A stretch of DNA of 64,000 nt from Squalus acanthias (Eukaryota): contig CM059432.1 in the NCBI GenBank assembly GCA_030390025.1, positions 26,538,001 to 26,602,000 of the forward strand, in the 5' to 3' direction. A program made the translations under genes and the position numbers. Position 1 is the first letter of the stretch, and every line of letters begins with the position of its first letter. Positions 37,320 through 49,860 of the stretch are shown here, one piece after another. A model generated the notes under the pieces. That model had not been told where the DNA came from and did not search any database. It was given only the letters and a program-made list of their open reading frames with translations.

Positions 37320-39950
37320 ATATAGTCTACAGCACAGAAACAAGCCATTCGGCCCAACTGGTCTACACCGACATTTATGCTCCACAGGAGCCTCCTCCAA
37401 CCCCTCTTTATCTAACCCTATCAACATATCCTTCTATTCCTTTCTCCCTCATGTACTTATCTAGCTTCCTGTTAAATGCACCTATGCTATTCGCCTCAAC
37501 TATTCCTTGTGCTAGCGTGTCCCACATTCTTACCACTCTTTGGGTAAAGAAGTTTCTCCTGAATTAGCTATTGGATTTATCAGTGACTATCCTATATTTA
37601 TGTCCCCTAGTTTTGGTCTGCCCACAAGTAGAAAAATCTTCTCTACGTCTACCTTATCAAACCCCTTCATAATTTTAAAGACCTCTATTCTAGAGAAAAG
37701 TGCCCAGCCTGTACAGCCTTTCCTGATATGTATATCCTCTCAGTTCTGGTATCATCCTTGTGAATCTTTTTTGCACCTTCTCAAGTGCCTCTTTATCCTT
37801 TTTATAATATGGAGACCAGAACAGTACAATGTTCAATACAAGTTTAACATAACTTCTCTGCTTCTCAATTCTATCCCTCTAGAAATGAACCCCAGTGCTT
37901 AGTTTGCTTTTTTTATGGCCTTATTAACCTGTGTCGCTACTTTTAGTAATTTGTGTATCTGTACCCCTAGATCCCTTTGCTCCTCTACCCCATTTAGACT
38001 CTTAGGGCTCGATTGTAATAGCCCTGAGGAGGCAGGTTTGGAGTCGGGTCGGCAGTGAAATTGGAAAAAATGGCTTCAGACACCCAACCCGCCTCCATCC
38101 CGCCCCCACCCGATTTTCGTGAGTGTTGGGTCAGCCGCTCCCAAACTGACCCGACTGGAACCGGTGGGACAGGTAGTTAAGGCAGTTAAGAGCCTGTTAA
38201 CTGCCTTGCTATTCCTATTTTGATAGTGATTTCCCATTTTCATGCTTCTGGCTCCTGTTTCCCATCTTGTCAGAAACAGGCCAGCTGCAAGGAGACGAGT
38301 TGGTGGAGGACATGATTTGTAGTCATTGGTGCAGCACTTTAAAAGCCCTCCTGTACCATGGCTGACATTCAAATGCAACAACTTTGTTGTTGGAGGTTTG
38401 GGATAAAATTTTGCAACTCTACTGACCTTGTGACTGGTCAAGCTGACGCCCATCTGCTGCGTGACCTGATTGGAATAATTTCAGGCCACTTTGAGTGTGC
38501 GCTTACAAGTCTCTTGCCTCAACTGAAATCTATAGCAACAGGATGGGAACCATTTACATCCTCTCATCCTGGTCGTCAGATTCGGAGGAAGAGCACCGCG
38601 GCTTAGTGCTGCCGGATGAACAAGTGGCTCAGCACACAGCCTCCTCGGAGGAAGAGGACGAGGAAGAGGACAAGGAGGAGGATGAGGAGGAGAACGGGGA
38701 GTGACGCCTTGCGGTACCAGATGTGGCCAATCCAGCAGCAGGCGACCACATTGCTGGCCGTCAGGCAAGGGATGCACTCATCCATGCCAGATACCCGTAA
38801 GCTGACGCTTCAACCACAGGTGGCTGGCACATGGAGATGAATATAAGTCCGACATTCTCAAAACCCCAGGCATCATCTGTCCAATAAACGGTGGTTTGCG
38901 CTCAGTGTCACCACCAACATTCTACATGGAAATCGCTCTGAGCCCTCACTCTTCAACTTCCATTTCCCAGAACTCAGAGGCCACACTTCAGGTGATCTCA
39001 ACAGATCATTAAACCTTTTTCGACATTGAACTCATGTGCGTCTGCACACAGACGTCGAGCTCACCTCCTCAGCAATTTGCAACCAAGCTGCCTTGGCTTG
39101 CTGAGGAGGCCTCCTCCTTCTGTTTCCAGGGAAGAGGAGCTCCTGACGTCCTCTAACTCCCTCAACAAGAGCATGGAGGGTGCCCTCATTGAACCTGGGT
39201 ACAGCCTTAGTTATTGGGGCTGCCATTCCTGCAGCAGCCAGCACCTTTAAGAGAAAAAAGCATTAATATTACTAAGCAAATGATTGGAACAAATGTGGCA
39301 TCTTTTTCATTTCATAGTCAGATAATAAATTGATATATAAAAAAATTATGAATCTCTTTCTGGAATAATATGACCAGCAATTTCATTCATTAAATTTTGT
39401 TCAGGACAGGCGCTGTCAACTCCCCTTTCTATATAATACAGCACCAAGCCATCCCAATAACATTTTTTCCAAAGGGGACATGGCCCCTTTAAATGTTCAC
39501 TCAAAGAACGCGTCATCAGACGCGAGAAACTGACAGCTTCGAAGCAATTGCCTGGAGGGACCCGCACGTCAGCCGTAACGAGGTCAATCAAGCAAAAGTC
39601 GCGAGTGATGGGAGGCAGCAGCCGGGAACGAGTCGGAAAGCCGCCAAGCAGCGGGCCCGCCCTCAACCCGCCTCCATTAATAAAATCGAGCCCTTATTAT
39701 CCAAGCAGTATGTGGCCTCCTTATTCTAATATCAAAATGTAACACCTCACACTTTTCTATATTGAAATTAATTTGCCAATTACTTGCCTATTCTGCAAGT
39801 TTATTAATGTCGTCTTGTATTTTGTCGCAGTCTTCCTCAGTATTAACTATACCCCCTAATTTGGTGCCATCTGCAAATTTTGAAATTGTACTTCCAATTC
39901 CTGAAACCAAATTATTTATGTAAACTGTGAACAACAGTGGTTCCAGCATC
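37320..39950 (-). mobile_element. Older CR1 3' portion split by the Harbinger element at 38005-39693
   Basis: CR1 3' UTR at 37325-37400. ORF 39788..40021 has LLFTVYINNL..KFADGTKLGG. Confidence 0.8.
38005..39693. mobile_element. Non-autonomous PIF/Harbinger element with convergent transposase (+) and Myb (-) remnants
   Basis: TSD TTA, TIR gggctcgattgta / taaaatcgagccc. Myb/SANT remnant PRFNEGTLHALVEGV..RQELLFP...AWLQIAEEV at 39032-39226. Acidic tract at 38640-38700. Confidence 0.85.
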
Positions 39951-41810
39951 AATGCTAAATTTGTGGGATCTTGCAAATTGGCTGTCGCGTTTCCTGCATG
40001 GCAACAGTGACTACACTTCAAAAGTACCCCATTGGCTATGAAGCACTTTGGGAGGACCTGAAGCTATGAAAAGGGTTATAACATTGCAAGCTCTTTCTTT
40101 TGCATGTGGAAATCTCACCTTCAACACGTAGACAATTTGACTCAATCAATTGTGTTAACCATTGGCTTAATGCAAAGTTCAGGCTTTCTGTACCGCACCT
40201 AGCCAGGCATGATCAATCAATCTTTAAATAGCACACAGCAACTCCTTATTGTTTGAACATCATTATACTTTCAGAGTTACAGTACAATGAATTTTTTACG
40301 TTTTCTTTAAGAATTCAGGTGATATGGAAAAAATAGAAATTGCATCAACTTCTACAGTGGGAGGCGTGCCACTGGGACCCGATTATAGCAACGACAGCTA
40401 CTCGCACTTACATAGCACCTGATAGCACAGTGAGATATCCCATGGTGCTTCACACAACAGGGGAGGGACAGGGGCAACACAAACCAAAACAGGTGATAGG
40501 AAAAGAGTTAGGGGAGGTGACCAAAGCCAAGGTTTTGAGGAGAATTCTAACAGTGGGGAGAGTGGTAGTGAGGCGAAGGAGTTGAGGAAGAGAATTTCAA
40601 ACTTCTGCAACTACAAATAGTCTCGGTGTCCCAGGCTGGGAAAGAGAAAAAAACAGCCGTGGTTCCATTTCATTTTTGATATCCACTCATCCTTGCTGTG
40701 GACGTGGGGGTGAGGGCAGAATTGTGCTCATCTATGATGCTTCTCCCCCATCCTCCACCCCGCCACTCCCACCCTAATCAACCTGCTAATGCTCAGTTTA
40801 CATACTCACAAATGGAACTATACTGCTGCTAAGAGACGGGGGCTGACAGTGGTGGAGCAGCACTTCATCTCTGCTGACTATTTACGCGCCTGATTCCGTC
40901 GGAATTCCTGATGTCATTCCACCAGTCCCAACTCCTTTTTTTGGATGTCACCTTCAAAGGGAGAGAACAGAAGAAGCACCCACTTCCTCCTGCCTGAGCA
41001 AACCCCAGCACAGGCCAAATGGGACCGAGACCCAGCTCAAACCGGCCCCTGCCCAATTTCTGCTCCTGCTAGCCCCCACCCACCCCCATCTTTGGAATTC
41101 TCTACCCCAAGGGCTGTGGAGGCTCAGTCATTGAGTATATTCAAGACCGAGATCGATAGATTTTTGAATATTAAGGGAATCGAGGGATATGGGGATAGTT
41201 AAGGAAAGTGGAGATGAGGTAGAAGATGATCTTATTGAATGGCAGAGCAGGCTCGAAGGGCCAAGTGGCCTACTCCTGCTCCTATTTCTTATGCTCTTAT
41301 AGACCTGGACATTTCTAGGGCCCTGCGCCGGTGGTATAAAGGCAGCAAAGGAATGGTTGCATAGTGGTAATGTCACTGGGCTAGTAATCCAGAGGCCTGG
41401 AGTAATAACTCATGAGACGTGAGTTTAAATCCCACGTAGGAAATTTCAATTCAGTTAATTAAATAAATCTGGAATTAATAAGCTAGTATCAGTAATGGTG
41501 GTGTTCAGAGGGACCTGGGTGTCCTTGTACATGAATCACTGAAAGTTAACATGCAGGTACATCAAGCAATTAGGAAAGCAAATGGTATGTTGGCCTCTAT
41601 TACAAGAGGATTTGAGTATAAGAGTAAAGATGTCTTACTGCAATTATATAGGGCCCTGGTGAAACCACACCTGGAGTATTGTGTACAGTTCTAGTCTCCT
41701 TACCTAAGGAAGGATATACTTGCCATAGAGAGAGTGCAACATACAAAATTCTTACAGAGCTTGACAGGGTAAATGCAGGGAGGATGTTTCCCCTGGCTGG
41801 GGAGTCTAGA

Positions 41811-42988
41811 TTGAGAGGTCGCACAACACCAGGTTATAGTCCAACAGTTTTATTTTAAATCACAAGCTTTCGGAGTTACAACTCCTTCGTCGGGTGAAGT
41901 GAGGAGATACAGAATCGTCAAAGCATATATAGATAGAGAGCAATGCATGTGTAACTTACAATTGCAGACAACTGAATTCAATCAACCTGACTGTTTATCT
42001 GCCGAGGTGTGATAAAGTTAATCAGGTCAGCCAGGAAGGTACCACATCAAAGACATAGCAAGATACAACTGAGACAATGAGGTGGAATTGCATGGGGTCT
42101 AACGTGTCAAAAGCTGCCGTCTGTATGTAAAACGATTAACTTTAAAATTTTTACTTTTTTACTGGGAATCACATCTGTGAACAAGCCAACGACGACTCGA
42201 GTCCGGATCACGTCATGTATCGTGACATAAACCCAAGATCCCGATTGAGACCGTCTTCATGAGTGCGGAACTTGGCTATCAGTTTCTGCTCGATGATTTT
42301 GCGTTGTCGTGTTTTCCTAAGGCCTCCTTGGAGAATGCTTACCCGCAGATCCGAGGCTGAATGTCCTTGACTGCTGAAGTGTTCAGCAGTCAAGGACATT
42401 CAGCCTCGGATCTGCGGGTAAGCGTTCTCCAAGGCGGCCTTAGGAAAACACGACAACGCAAAATCATCGAGCAGAAACTGATAGCCAAGTTCCGCACTCA
42501 TGAAGACGGTCTCAATCGGGATCTTGGGTTTATGTCACGATACATGACGTGATCCGGACTCGAGTCGTCGTTGGCTTGTTCACAGATGTGATTCCCAGTA
42601 AAAAAGTAAAAATTTTAAAGTTAATCGTTTTACATACAGACGGCAGCTTTTGACACGTTAGACCCCATGCGATTCCACCTCATTGTCTCAGTTGTATCTT
42701 GCTATGTCTTTGATGTGGTACCTTCCTGGCTGACCTGATTAACTTTATCACACCTCGGCAGATAAACAGTCAGGTTGATTGAATTCAGTTGTCTGCAATT
42801 GTAAGTTACACATGCATTGTTCTCTATCTATATATGCTTTGACAATTCTGTATCTCCTCACTTCACCCGACGAAGGAGTTGTAACTCCGAAAGCTTGTGA
42901 TTTAAAATAAAACTGTTGGACTATAACCTGGTGTTGTGCGACCTCTCAATTTTGTCCACCCCAGTCCAACACCGGCATCTCCGCATCA
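41811..42988. mobile_element. Penelope-like element insertion: inverted pLTR pair plus a 3' extension
   Basis: 568-bp arms at 41811-42378 and 42382-42949. Both encode a GIY-YIG endonuclease-like C-terminus (HFSSQGHS..DL.VS.L...R...EQKLI.KFRT...GLNRD.GF). 13-bp TSD tggggagtctaga at 41798-41810 and 42989-43001. Confidence 0.9.
42863..42900 (+). ncRNA. Minimal type I hammerhead ribozyme motif (core variant CCGACGA); mirror copy at 41860-41897 (-)
   Basis: Stem I tcac/gtga, core CCGACGA, stem II ggagt-tgta-actcc, GAAA, palindromic aagctt stem III. Confidence 0.75.
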
Positions 42989-43921
42989 TGGGGAGTCTAG
43001 AACCAGGGGTCACAGTCTCAGAATAAGGGGTCGGTCATTTAGGAATGAGATGAGGAGAAATTTCTTCACTCAGAGGGTGGTGAATCTTTGGAATTCTCTA
43101 CCCCAGAGGGCTGTGGAGGTTCAGTCATTGAGTATATTCAAGACAGAGATCGATAGATTTTTGAATATATGGGGATAGTTCAGGAAAGTGGAGATGAAGT
43201 AGAAGATCAGCCATGACCTTATTGAATGGCAGAGCAGGCGCAAAGGGCCAAATGGCCTACTCCTGCTTCTATTTCTTATGTTCTTATAACACCAGGAGCC
43301 CTGAAGATATTTAAGAGCGATCTTTGGGAGATCAGGGTAGAAAATTGTAAAAAAATAAATTTGCACCATGATACCATTATTGGCCTACTCAGCAGAAATT
43401 TAATTGTGTCCAAAATAAATGGTTAATGCTGGTCAACCATTTCTGAAGACAAAAAAAAAACTTTTACGTAAATGGGCTTCATCCTCTTTACAACATCTGA
43501 GACCTGAGACCTGGTCTGCACATTTCAGTACTGCTCACGCTAATGGAATATGATAGGATGAAATGATCCTAACTAGGCTGTAGGGGATGTTCAGTGCCCT
43601 CCTTTAATTGAGTGTTGGTTTTAATATCCTGAAACCTCTGTATTTATTGTGACCTCTGCTGTATTGCCAGTGCCCTAGTGAGGTACAGTGTTCAGTCTAA
43701 CCTGAAAAAAATATTCAAAAGATTTAAGTGAACAGGATAAATTAGTACAGCTTCAAAACTGGCTGTAACGTATTCCATGAACGTCTCAGAATCAATATCA
43801 GCTATCTATTTTTGGTTGGTGTTAGCAACTGTTTAACTCCTTTTCTTCTTTTTCCGTATATCTGAATCTGGGGGAGATTTTCCAACACGCTGGTGGAAAG
43901 GTGATTGGCAGGCTAATGAAC

Positions 43922-45834
43922 TGTGTACGCGGTCGTAAGTGCCCCGCAAGTTCCGGGTTTCCGTGTGCGATGCACATGCGCAAAAACCCAGAACTTGCAA
44001 TCTGTCAAGTTTCAGCTTGACAGCTCACACCCATCCGCAGGAAAAGGAGATTCACTGGCGCAGAGTTGGGCTACTTGCCCAACTACTACCCAGCGAATGC
44101 ACACTAAACCCTTACGCCTGGTAAAAGCAGGCATAAGGCCTTCTTTTACGAGCGTAAGGGTTTAAATAAATATTAAAATATTTTTTTTAATGATTTAACC
44201 ATACAAAGAATGTTGAAATTAGTTTAGGTTATTTTTGGCCCCTTGAAAATTGTTTACATTTATTTTTCAAAAAATTACATTTTTGTTTTAATTTTTTTTT
44301 ATTCATTCATGAGACCTGGGCCAGCATTTATTGCCCATCCCTAATTGCTCTTGAGAAGGTGGTGGTGAGCTGCCTTCTTGAACCGCTGCAGTCCGTGCGG
44401 TGAAGGTACTCCCACAGTGCTGTTAGGGAGGGAGTTCCAGAATTTTGACCCAGCGACGATGAAGGAATGGTGATATACTTCCAAGTCAGGATGGTGTGTA
44501 ACTTGGAGGTGGTGGTGTTCCCATGCGCCTGCTGCCCTTGTCCTTCTAGGTGGTAGAGGTGGCGGGTTTGGGAGGTACTGCTGAAGGAGCCTTGGCGAGT
44601 TGCTGCAGTGCATCTTGTAGATGGTACACACTGCAGCCATGGTACGCCGGTGGTGGAGGGAGTGAATGTTTAAGGTGGTAGATGGGGTGCCAATCTAGCG
44701 AGCTGCTTTGTCCTGGATGGTGTCGAGCTTCTTGAGTGTTGTTGGAGCTGCACTCATCCAGGCAAGTGGAGAGTATACCATCACACTCCTTACTTATGCC
44801 TTGTAGATGGTGGAAAGACTTTGGTGAGTCAGGAGGTGAGATACTCGTCGCAGAATACCTAACCTCTGACCTGCTCTTGTTGCCACAGTATTTACGTGGC
44901 TGGTCCAGTTAAGTTTCTGGTCAATGGTGACCCCCAGGATGTTGATGGTGGGGGATTCGGTGATGGTAATGCTGTTGAATGTCAAGGGGCGGTGGTTAGA
45001 CTCTCACTTGTTGGAGATAGTCATTGTGTGGTGCGAATGTTACCTGCCACTTATCAGCCCAAGCCTGAATGTCGCCAAGGTCTTGTTGCATGCGGGCATG
45101 GACTGCTTAATTATCTGAGGAGTTGCGAATGGCACTGAACACTATGCAGTCATCAGCAAACATCCCCATTTTTAACCTTATGATGGAGGGAAGGTCATTG
45201 ATGAAGCAGCTGAAGATGGTTGGGCCTAGGACACTGCCCTGAGGAACTCCTGCAGCGATATCCTGGGGTTGTGATGATTGACTACCAACCACCACAACCA
45301 TCTTTATTAGTGCTAGGTATGACTCCAGCCAGTGGAGAGTTTTCCCCCCAATTCCCATTGACTTCAGTTTTACTCGCGTTCCTTGTTGCTACACTCGGTC
45401 AAATGTTGCCTTGCTGTCAAGGGCAGTCACTCTCACCTCAGCTCTGGAATTCAGCTCCTTTGTCCATGTTAAATGTTTAATTAAATTGTATTTTAATTAA
45501 TTTTGACCATGTGACGATTTCTTTTTATTTCAGTGCTGTGAAAATGTGTTTTTTAGGGATTCGTATTATGCTTATGAAGATTCCGTACGTAAATGGAATC
45601 TCCATAAGCATAATGGGAATCCCCCTTTGTGATTGGTTGGGCTGGCCCACATGATCCCAGGGACGCTTGCAAACCGCATGTGCCTCTGGGATGCATGGGC
45701 CTTTATGCCGGCGTACGCCTGCAGGCCCAGCAGCACAAGTCTTCGAAGATACAGAGGCACCAAGTAGGTGCGGAGTTTACTTGCGGGTCGGAGGCATTCG
45801 CCCACAGGAAGCCTCCGACCGCAATTTCCAGCCC
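43922..45834 (+). mobile_element. MITE family M copy 2 (left end missing), interrupted by a LINE
   Basis: 43922-44290 and 45470-45834 match the reverse complement of 11565-12305. Right TIR gcaatttccagccc. Confidence 0.8.
44290..45470 (-). mobile_element. Second CR1-group LINE family, 5'-truncated
   Basis: GVPQGSVLGPTIFSCFINDL, FADDC, WNSLP...FKKAAHHHLLKSN in ORFs 45107, 44794 and 44341. Confidence 0.9.
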
Positions 45835-46469
45835 AGTGTCTCAACCAAAAGACGGCACCTCCAACAGTGCAGCACTCACCCAGAACTGCACTGAAGTGTC
45901 AGCCTAGATTATGTGTCACTGGAGTGGGGTTTGACCCCACGACCACTGAGCCAAGGCTGGCATCCATATAATGTTAAACCTACAAGAACATATCTGAACT
46001 TCAGTAGAAGTGAAAATAGCCATCACCCTGTAGCAAAGCTGGTGATGTTAGATCGATGTAGTATCTAACTTTAGGCTATTGTGAATTTAAGGATTTAGGA
46101 AACTTCTTTTGTTTTAGCTCAGGCATGCATTGAATACTTGAACAGCAGAATAATGGCCTGAACTCTCAACGTAATTACAAATGCTAATGTCTTATAGCTC
46201 ATTTGTATTGATGCTGGATTTGTGGCTGGCAGCCCAACTCCACTTTGAACTGAATTTAAAGGTAGGGCTATTGGCTCCTACTTATGTCTCCACAGGTAGC
46301 GGATTGACTAACCCTGGGGTCCCAATACCTGGTACATGCTGCATTAGTTGACTTCACCAGGAGAACAGTAGGAGCACTAAAATTAGGCTCTGTGACCCTG
46401 GAATAGGGGGAAAAGATCAACCATGGTTCCCACTCCTGTCTATTATTCATTGCTGCTGTAGTGTACATG

Positions 46470-47061
46470 AGGGTCTACTTTGACCTTTGAATATGCTGGT
46501 TGGCCACCCATTCTGGCGGCGAAGAGTCCCCTGTGATTCTGAGACCCCAGCCTCATTTAAATCTGGTGGGCGAGCTGCAAGGTGCCAAGCAGATGTCTCG
46601 GAGCAGATCGCCAGGTTGAGGCTTCAAAATCAGGCCGAGACAAGGTTAGTTGCGGGGGAGGGGGGCTGTGATCGCAGAGGGCGTGGGTCTCAGGCCGGCA
46701 GCGGCCCAGATTATTTTTACAGCCCCGGAGGATTTTTTCTGCTCCTCCGGGGCCCACAAAAAGAATTCAACACTTACCTTTAGCGAGCCTCTTCGGTTCC
46801 ATCGCCATGAAACTGTTCGGAGATGGCACTGGCCAGGTGCCTCCCAGTTCTGACCTAAAATGGCAGTCGGAGGCCTAGTTGCACCATTGGACCTCAATTT
46901 CCATATTAAAAGGGACTTAGCAGCTGAAACAGCCAGTAGGCCCCTTTCAAAATGGAGCTGGCTGCATCGCCGGTGTTACCAGGGCGGGAAGGCTACTGAC
47001 CCCATTTTAAGGATGTTACCCCCATGTTAATGCCAGGTGAAGGCAGTCAAAATCAACCCCC
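46470..47061. mobile_element. GC-rich MITE inserted in an LF-SINE-like element
   Basis: Termini agggtctactttgac / gtcaaaatcaacccc, flanked by ATG. Confidence 0.65.
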
Positions 47062-47792
47062 ATGTGTGCAATGTCAGGTGAGGAAAGAATCAGGCACGGA
47101 TGCGATGCCTTGTCACAGTCAAATAATCTGCAGCCACTCATTATCCAGGTTCACATACGAAGAAAGACTGCTTGAAAAGTCACTGCACCTCAGCACTAGA
47201 TGTCAATCTTCAAGAGAACGAGGAGGAAAACTGGAATGGGGCAAAGCAAACAAAAAACAATCTAAGAAAGATCCTTTGTTTGTCGACTAGAGCAGACATA
47301 ATCACCAGAAATGTATCCCAAATGTACATACGTTAGTCTAATGACTGTATTTTAAATTCAAATCAATAGTAAATGTAGTTGCTAATATTGACAAATCTTC
47401 CGCAATATTCAAATCTGTCTGAAAGGGTCAATTTATCCTCAACTCTTATTTTCTCACAGACCTTTTCCCTGCACCTACTGAACTTTGGTGGTGCAGCAGT
47501 GTCAGCTGTGGCTCAGTTGGTAGCACACTCGCCTCTGACTCAGAAAGCTTGTGGGTTCAAGTCCCACTCCAGGGACTTGAGCACATAAAGCTAGGCTGAC
47601 ACTTCAGTGCAGTGCTGAGGGAGTGCTGCACTGTCAGAGGTGCCGTCTTTTGGATGAGACATTAAACTGAGGCCCTGTCTGCTCTCTCAGGTGGACGTAA
47701 AAGATCCCATGGCACTATTTCGAAGAAGAGCAGGGGAGTTATACCCGGTGTCCTGGCCAACATAATTTATATTTATCCCTCAACCAACATAA

Positions 47793-48556
47793 TGGCCCGA
47801 AAATTAGACCTAATACGCGAGAGTACGCACTGTGTACTCTCGCGTATTAGGTCTCCAATCGCCGGTTTCCTGCATGCACTGCGCATGCGCAGGAAACCGG
47901 CACTTCGTGAATTCAAAAGGGGGCGGTTCCTAAGTGAACCGCGTGCACGCTACAGGCTGTGCGCACGCAGTGCACTTAGTTATTTTTTCAGCTTTGAACG
48001 CGCAGGTAAGTGGTGAACATTTTACACATAAAGAAAGCAGGCGTAGGACCCCCTTTTTACAAGGTAAGTAGTTAATTAAGTGTTATTTTAAAAATTTTTC
48101 AACAGGTTTATCTTTTTTAGAGACTTTAAAGAAAGGTAAGTTTATTTTTATAACTTTTAAAAAGATTTTAAATTTTTCAAAAATTTAATTTTTTGTTTAA
48201 AGTGGTTAATTTATTTAACTATACTTATTGTATTAATGTGATGGCTTTTTTTTAAATTTAATTGAGGTTTAGCTGTTCTTTTGGGGGGGTATAGTATTCA
48301 TAGCTTTGACAGGTCTTCCTGTCAAAACTATGAATGAAAGATGGTGTGCTGCCATTGGCTCTAACTGAATCACGTGATCCCAGAGCTCGCACAAACTAAT
48401 TGCGTCTCTGGGTCACGCAAGCACTGCACGGTTCCAAGAGAGAGAGCCTTTCAGACTAAAGTTCGTGTGGGCCCGGAGCAAAAAGGTAGGCGCGGAGTGC
48501 GATATTGCGGGGATTCCTTACCCCCGCGGGAACCCTCACTGTTTAATTTCTGGGCC
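47793..48556 (+). mobile_element. MITE family M copy 3
   Basis: TIR ggcccgaaaatta / taatttctgggcc, flanks AAT/ATT. Closely similar to 62883-63645. Confidence 0.88.
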
Positions 48557-48569
48557 ATTAAAAACAAGT

Positions 48570-48994
48570 ACAAAAAGAAAATACTGCAGATGCTGGAAAT
48601 CTGAAATAAAAACAGAAAATGCTGGCAATACTCAGCAGGTCAGGCAATGGAAGGCAGCTGTCTTCCATTCTGCCAGCGCAATTTACACTTCATCTAGAGC
48701 CATCCTTTGTTTCTTAACCTGTCCCATTACCATCCCCTTTTGCCTTGAATATCTCTTAATGTCTCTCAATGTCTCTTCATCTCTCCTGCCTTCCAGCCTA
48801 TCACAGGCCTTCCCTTTTGTTTTTTATCCCTCTCTCCCATTTCCCAGCCACTACACTTGCTTAAAATTCTGTTCCATTTCCTGCTTTTTTCCAGTTCTGA
48901 CGAAAGTTCATCAACCTGAAACGTTAACTCTGTTTCTCTCTTCACAGATGCTGCCTGACCTGCTGAGTATTTCCAACATTTTCTGTTTTTATAA
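48570..48994. mobile_element. Penelope-type non-coding insert (family B) with an inverted pLTR piece and a hammerhead at 48892-48932
   Basis: 11-bp TSD taaaaacaagt at 48559-48569 and 48995-49005. CTGACGA-aagttcatcaacct-GAAA-cgtt. Confidence 0.8.
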
Positions 48995-49860
48995 TAAAAA
49001 CAAGTTATCTGGTCATTATCACATTGCTGTTTCTGGCAAATTGGCTGCCGCATTTCCCACATTACAACAGTGACTCCACTTCAAAAGTACTTCATTGGCT
49101 GCAAAGCGCTTTGAGACGTCCGGTGGTCATGAAAGGCGCTATATAAATGCAAGTCTGTCTTTCTTTCTTTCATATTGCATGTATGGCCTTTGCTAAGTAT
49201 ATGCTGTGGCTCTATATGTTAATAAATTCATATGAAATAGGTGGTGTGCTATTGCAGACCTCTGCAGCAACTGACAGCGAGCTGTGGAACATGGATTCAT
49301 TCATTCCCTCCCCAATCCCGCTCCCCCCCTATTATTACCACCATTGAGCTCACACTTAGCCATGTCAGTGCAAGAAGGAGTTGAGAGGATGCCAGGGAAC
49401 AGATATCTGAGGAAAGGACAACCCCTGGAGGAGAGGCTTCAGTGTGCCAACTCATGGTCAGTTCAGTGTGGAATTGATGGAGGCATTAGAGCAGGAAACA
49501 GTCTCAAAAAAAAAAGAAATCTTACCCTCTTATAGAAAATCAGGTGGTCCCCTGAAAGGCTAAGTGAGTAAAGGCACCTCCTGCTGTAGTGCAGAGATGT
49601 ACAGACAAGGAAGGTCCCCTGTCTGTTAGTTGATTTCAGCCAAGGTGAAAGAAGGGGTGCTCCAATTGGCCTCTGTCCCAAGAGTTGGAGAAGGATTCAG
49701 CCAGGGTTCTTGTCCCTCAACACTATCCAGTGACCTCTACTGGAAAGTACCTGTATGTGGACGTAGGGTGAAGACCAGATCAGACGCAGCCGTGATGCCT
49801 TCGGTGATCAAGTAGTCGGCCGACAGTCAAGCTTATATTTCACTGCTGAGGCTTACACAA

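Larger units (their letters stand above)
41500..43285 (+). mobile_element. CR1/HER1 3' fragment split by a Penelope insertion
   Basis: cagagggacctgggtgtcc...ctggggagtctaga | insert | ggggagtctagaaccaggggtcacagt...atttcttatgttctta. Confidence 0.9.
47499..49170 (+). mobile_element. DeuSINE split by a MITE and a Penelope-type insert
   Basis: Head gtcagctgtggctcagttggtagc to caaccaacat (47790). It resumes at 48995 and ends aaggcgctatataaatgcaag. Confidence 0.88.

Noticed and set aside
47499..47570. tRNA genes at SINE heads
   Set aside because: A and B boxes are present, but the sequence continues into SINE bodies. These are tRNA-derived heads, not tRNA genes.
48465..49073. 202-aa ORF
   Set aside because: It runs across MITE, Penelope-type insert and SINE boundaries, so it is a chance open frame.
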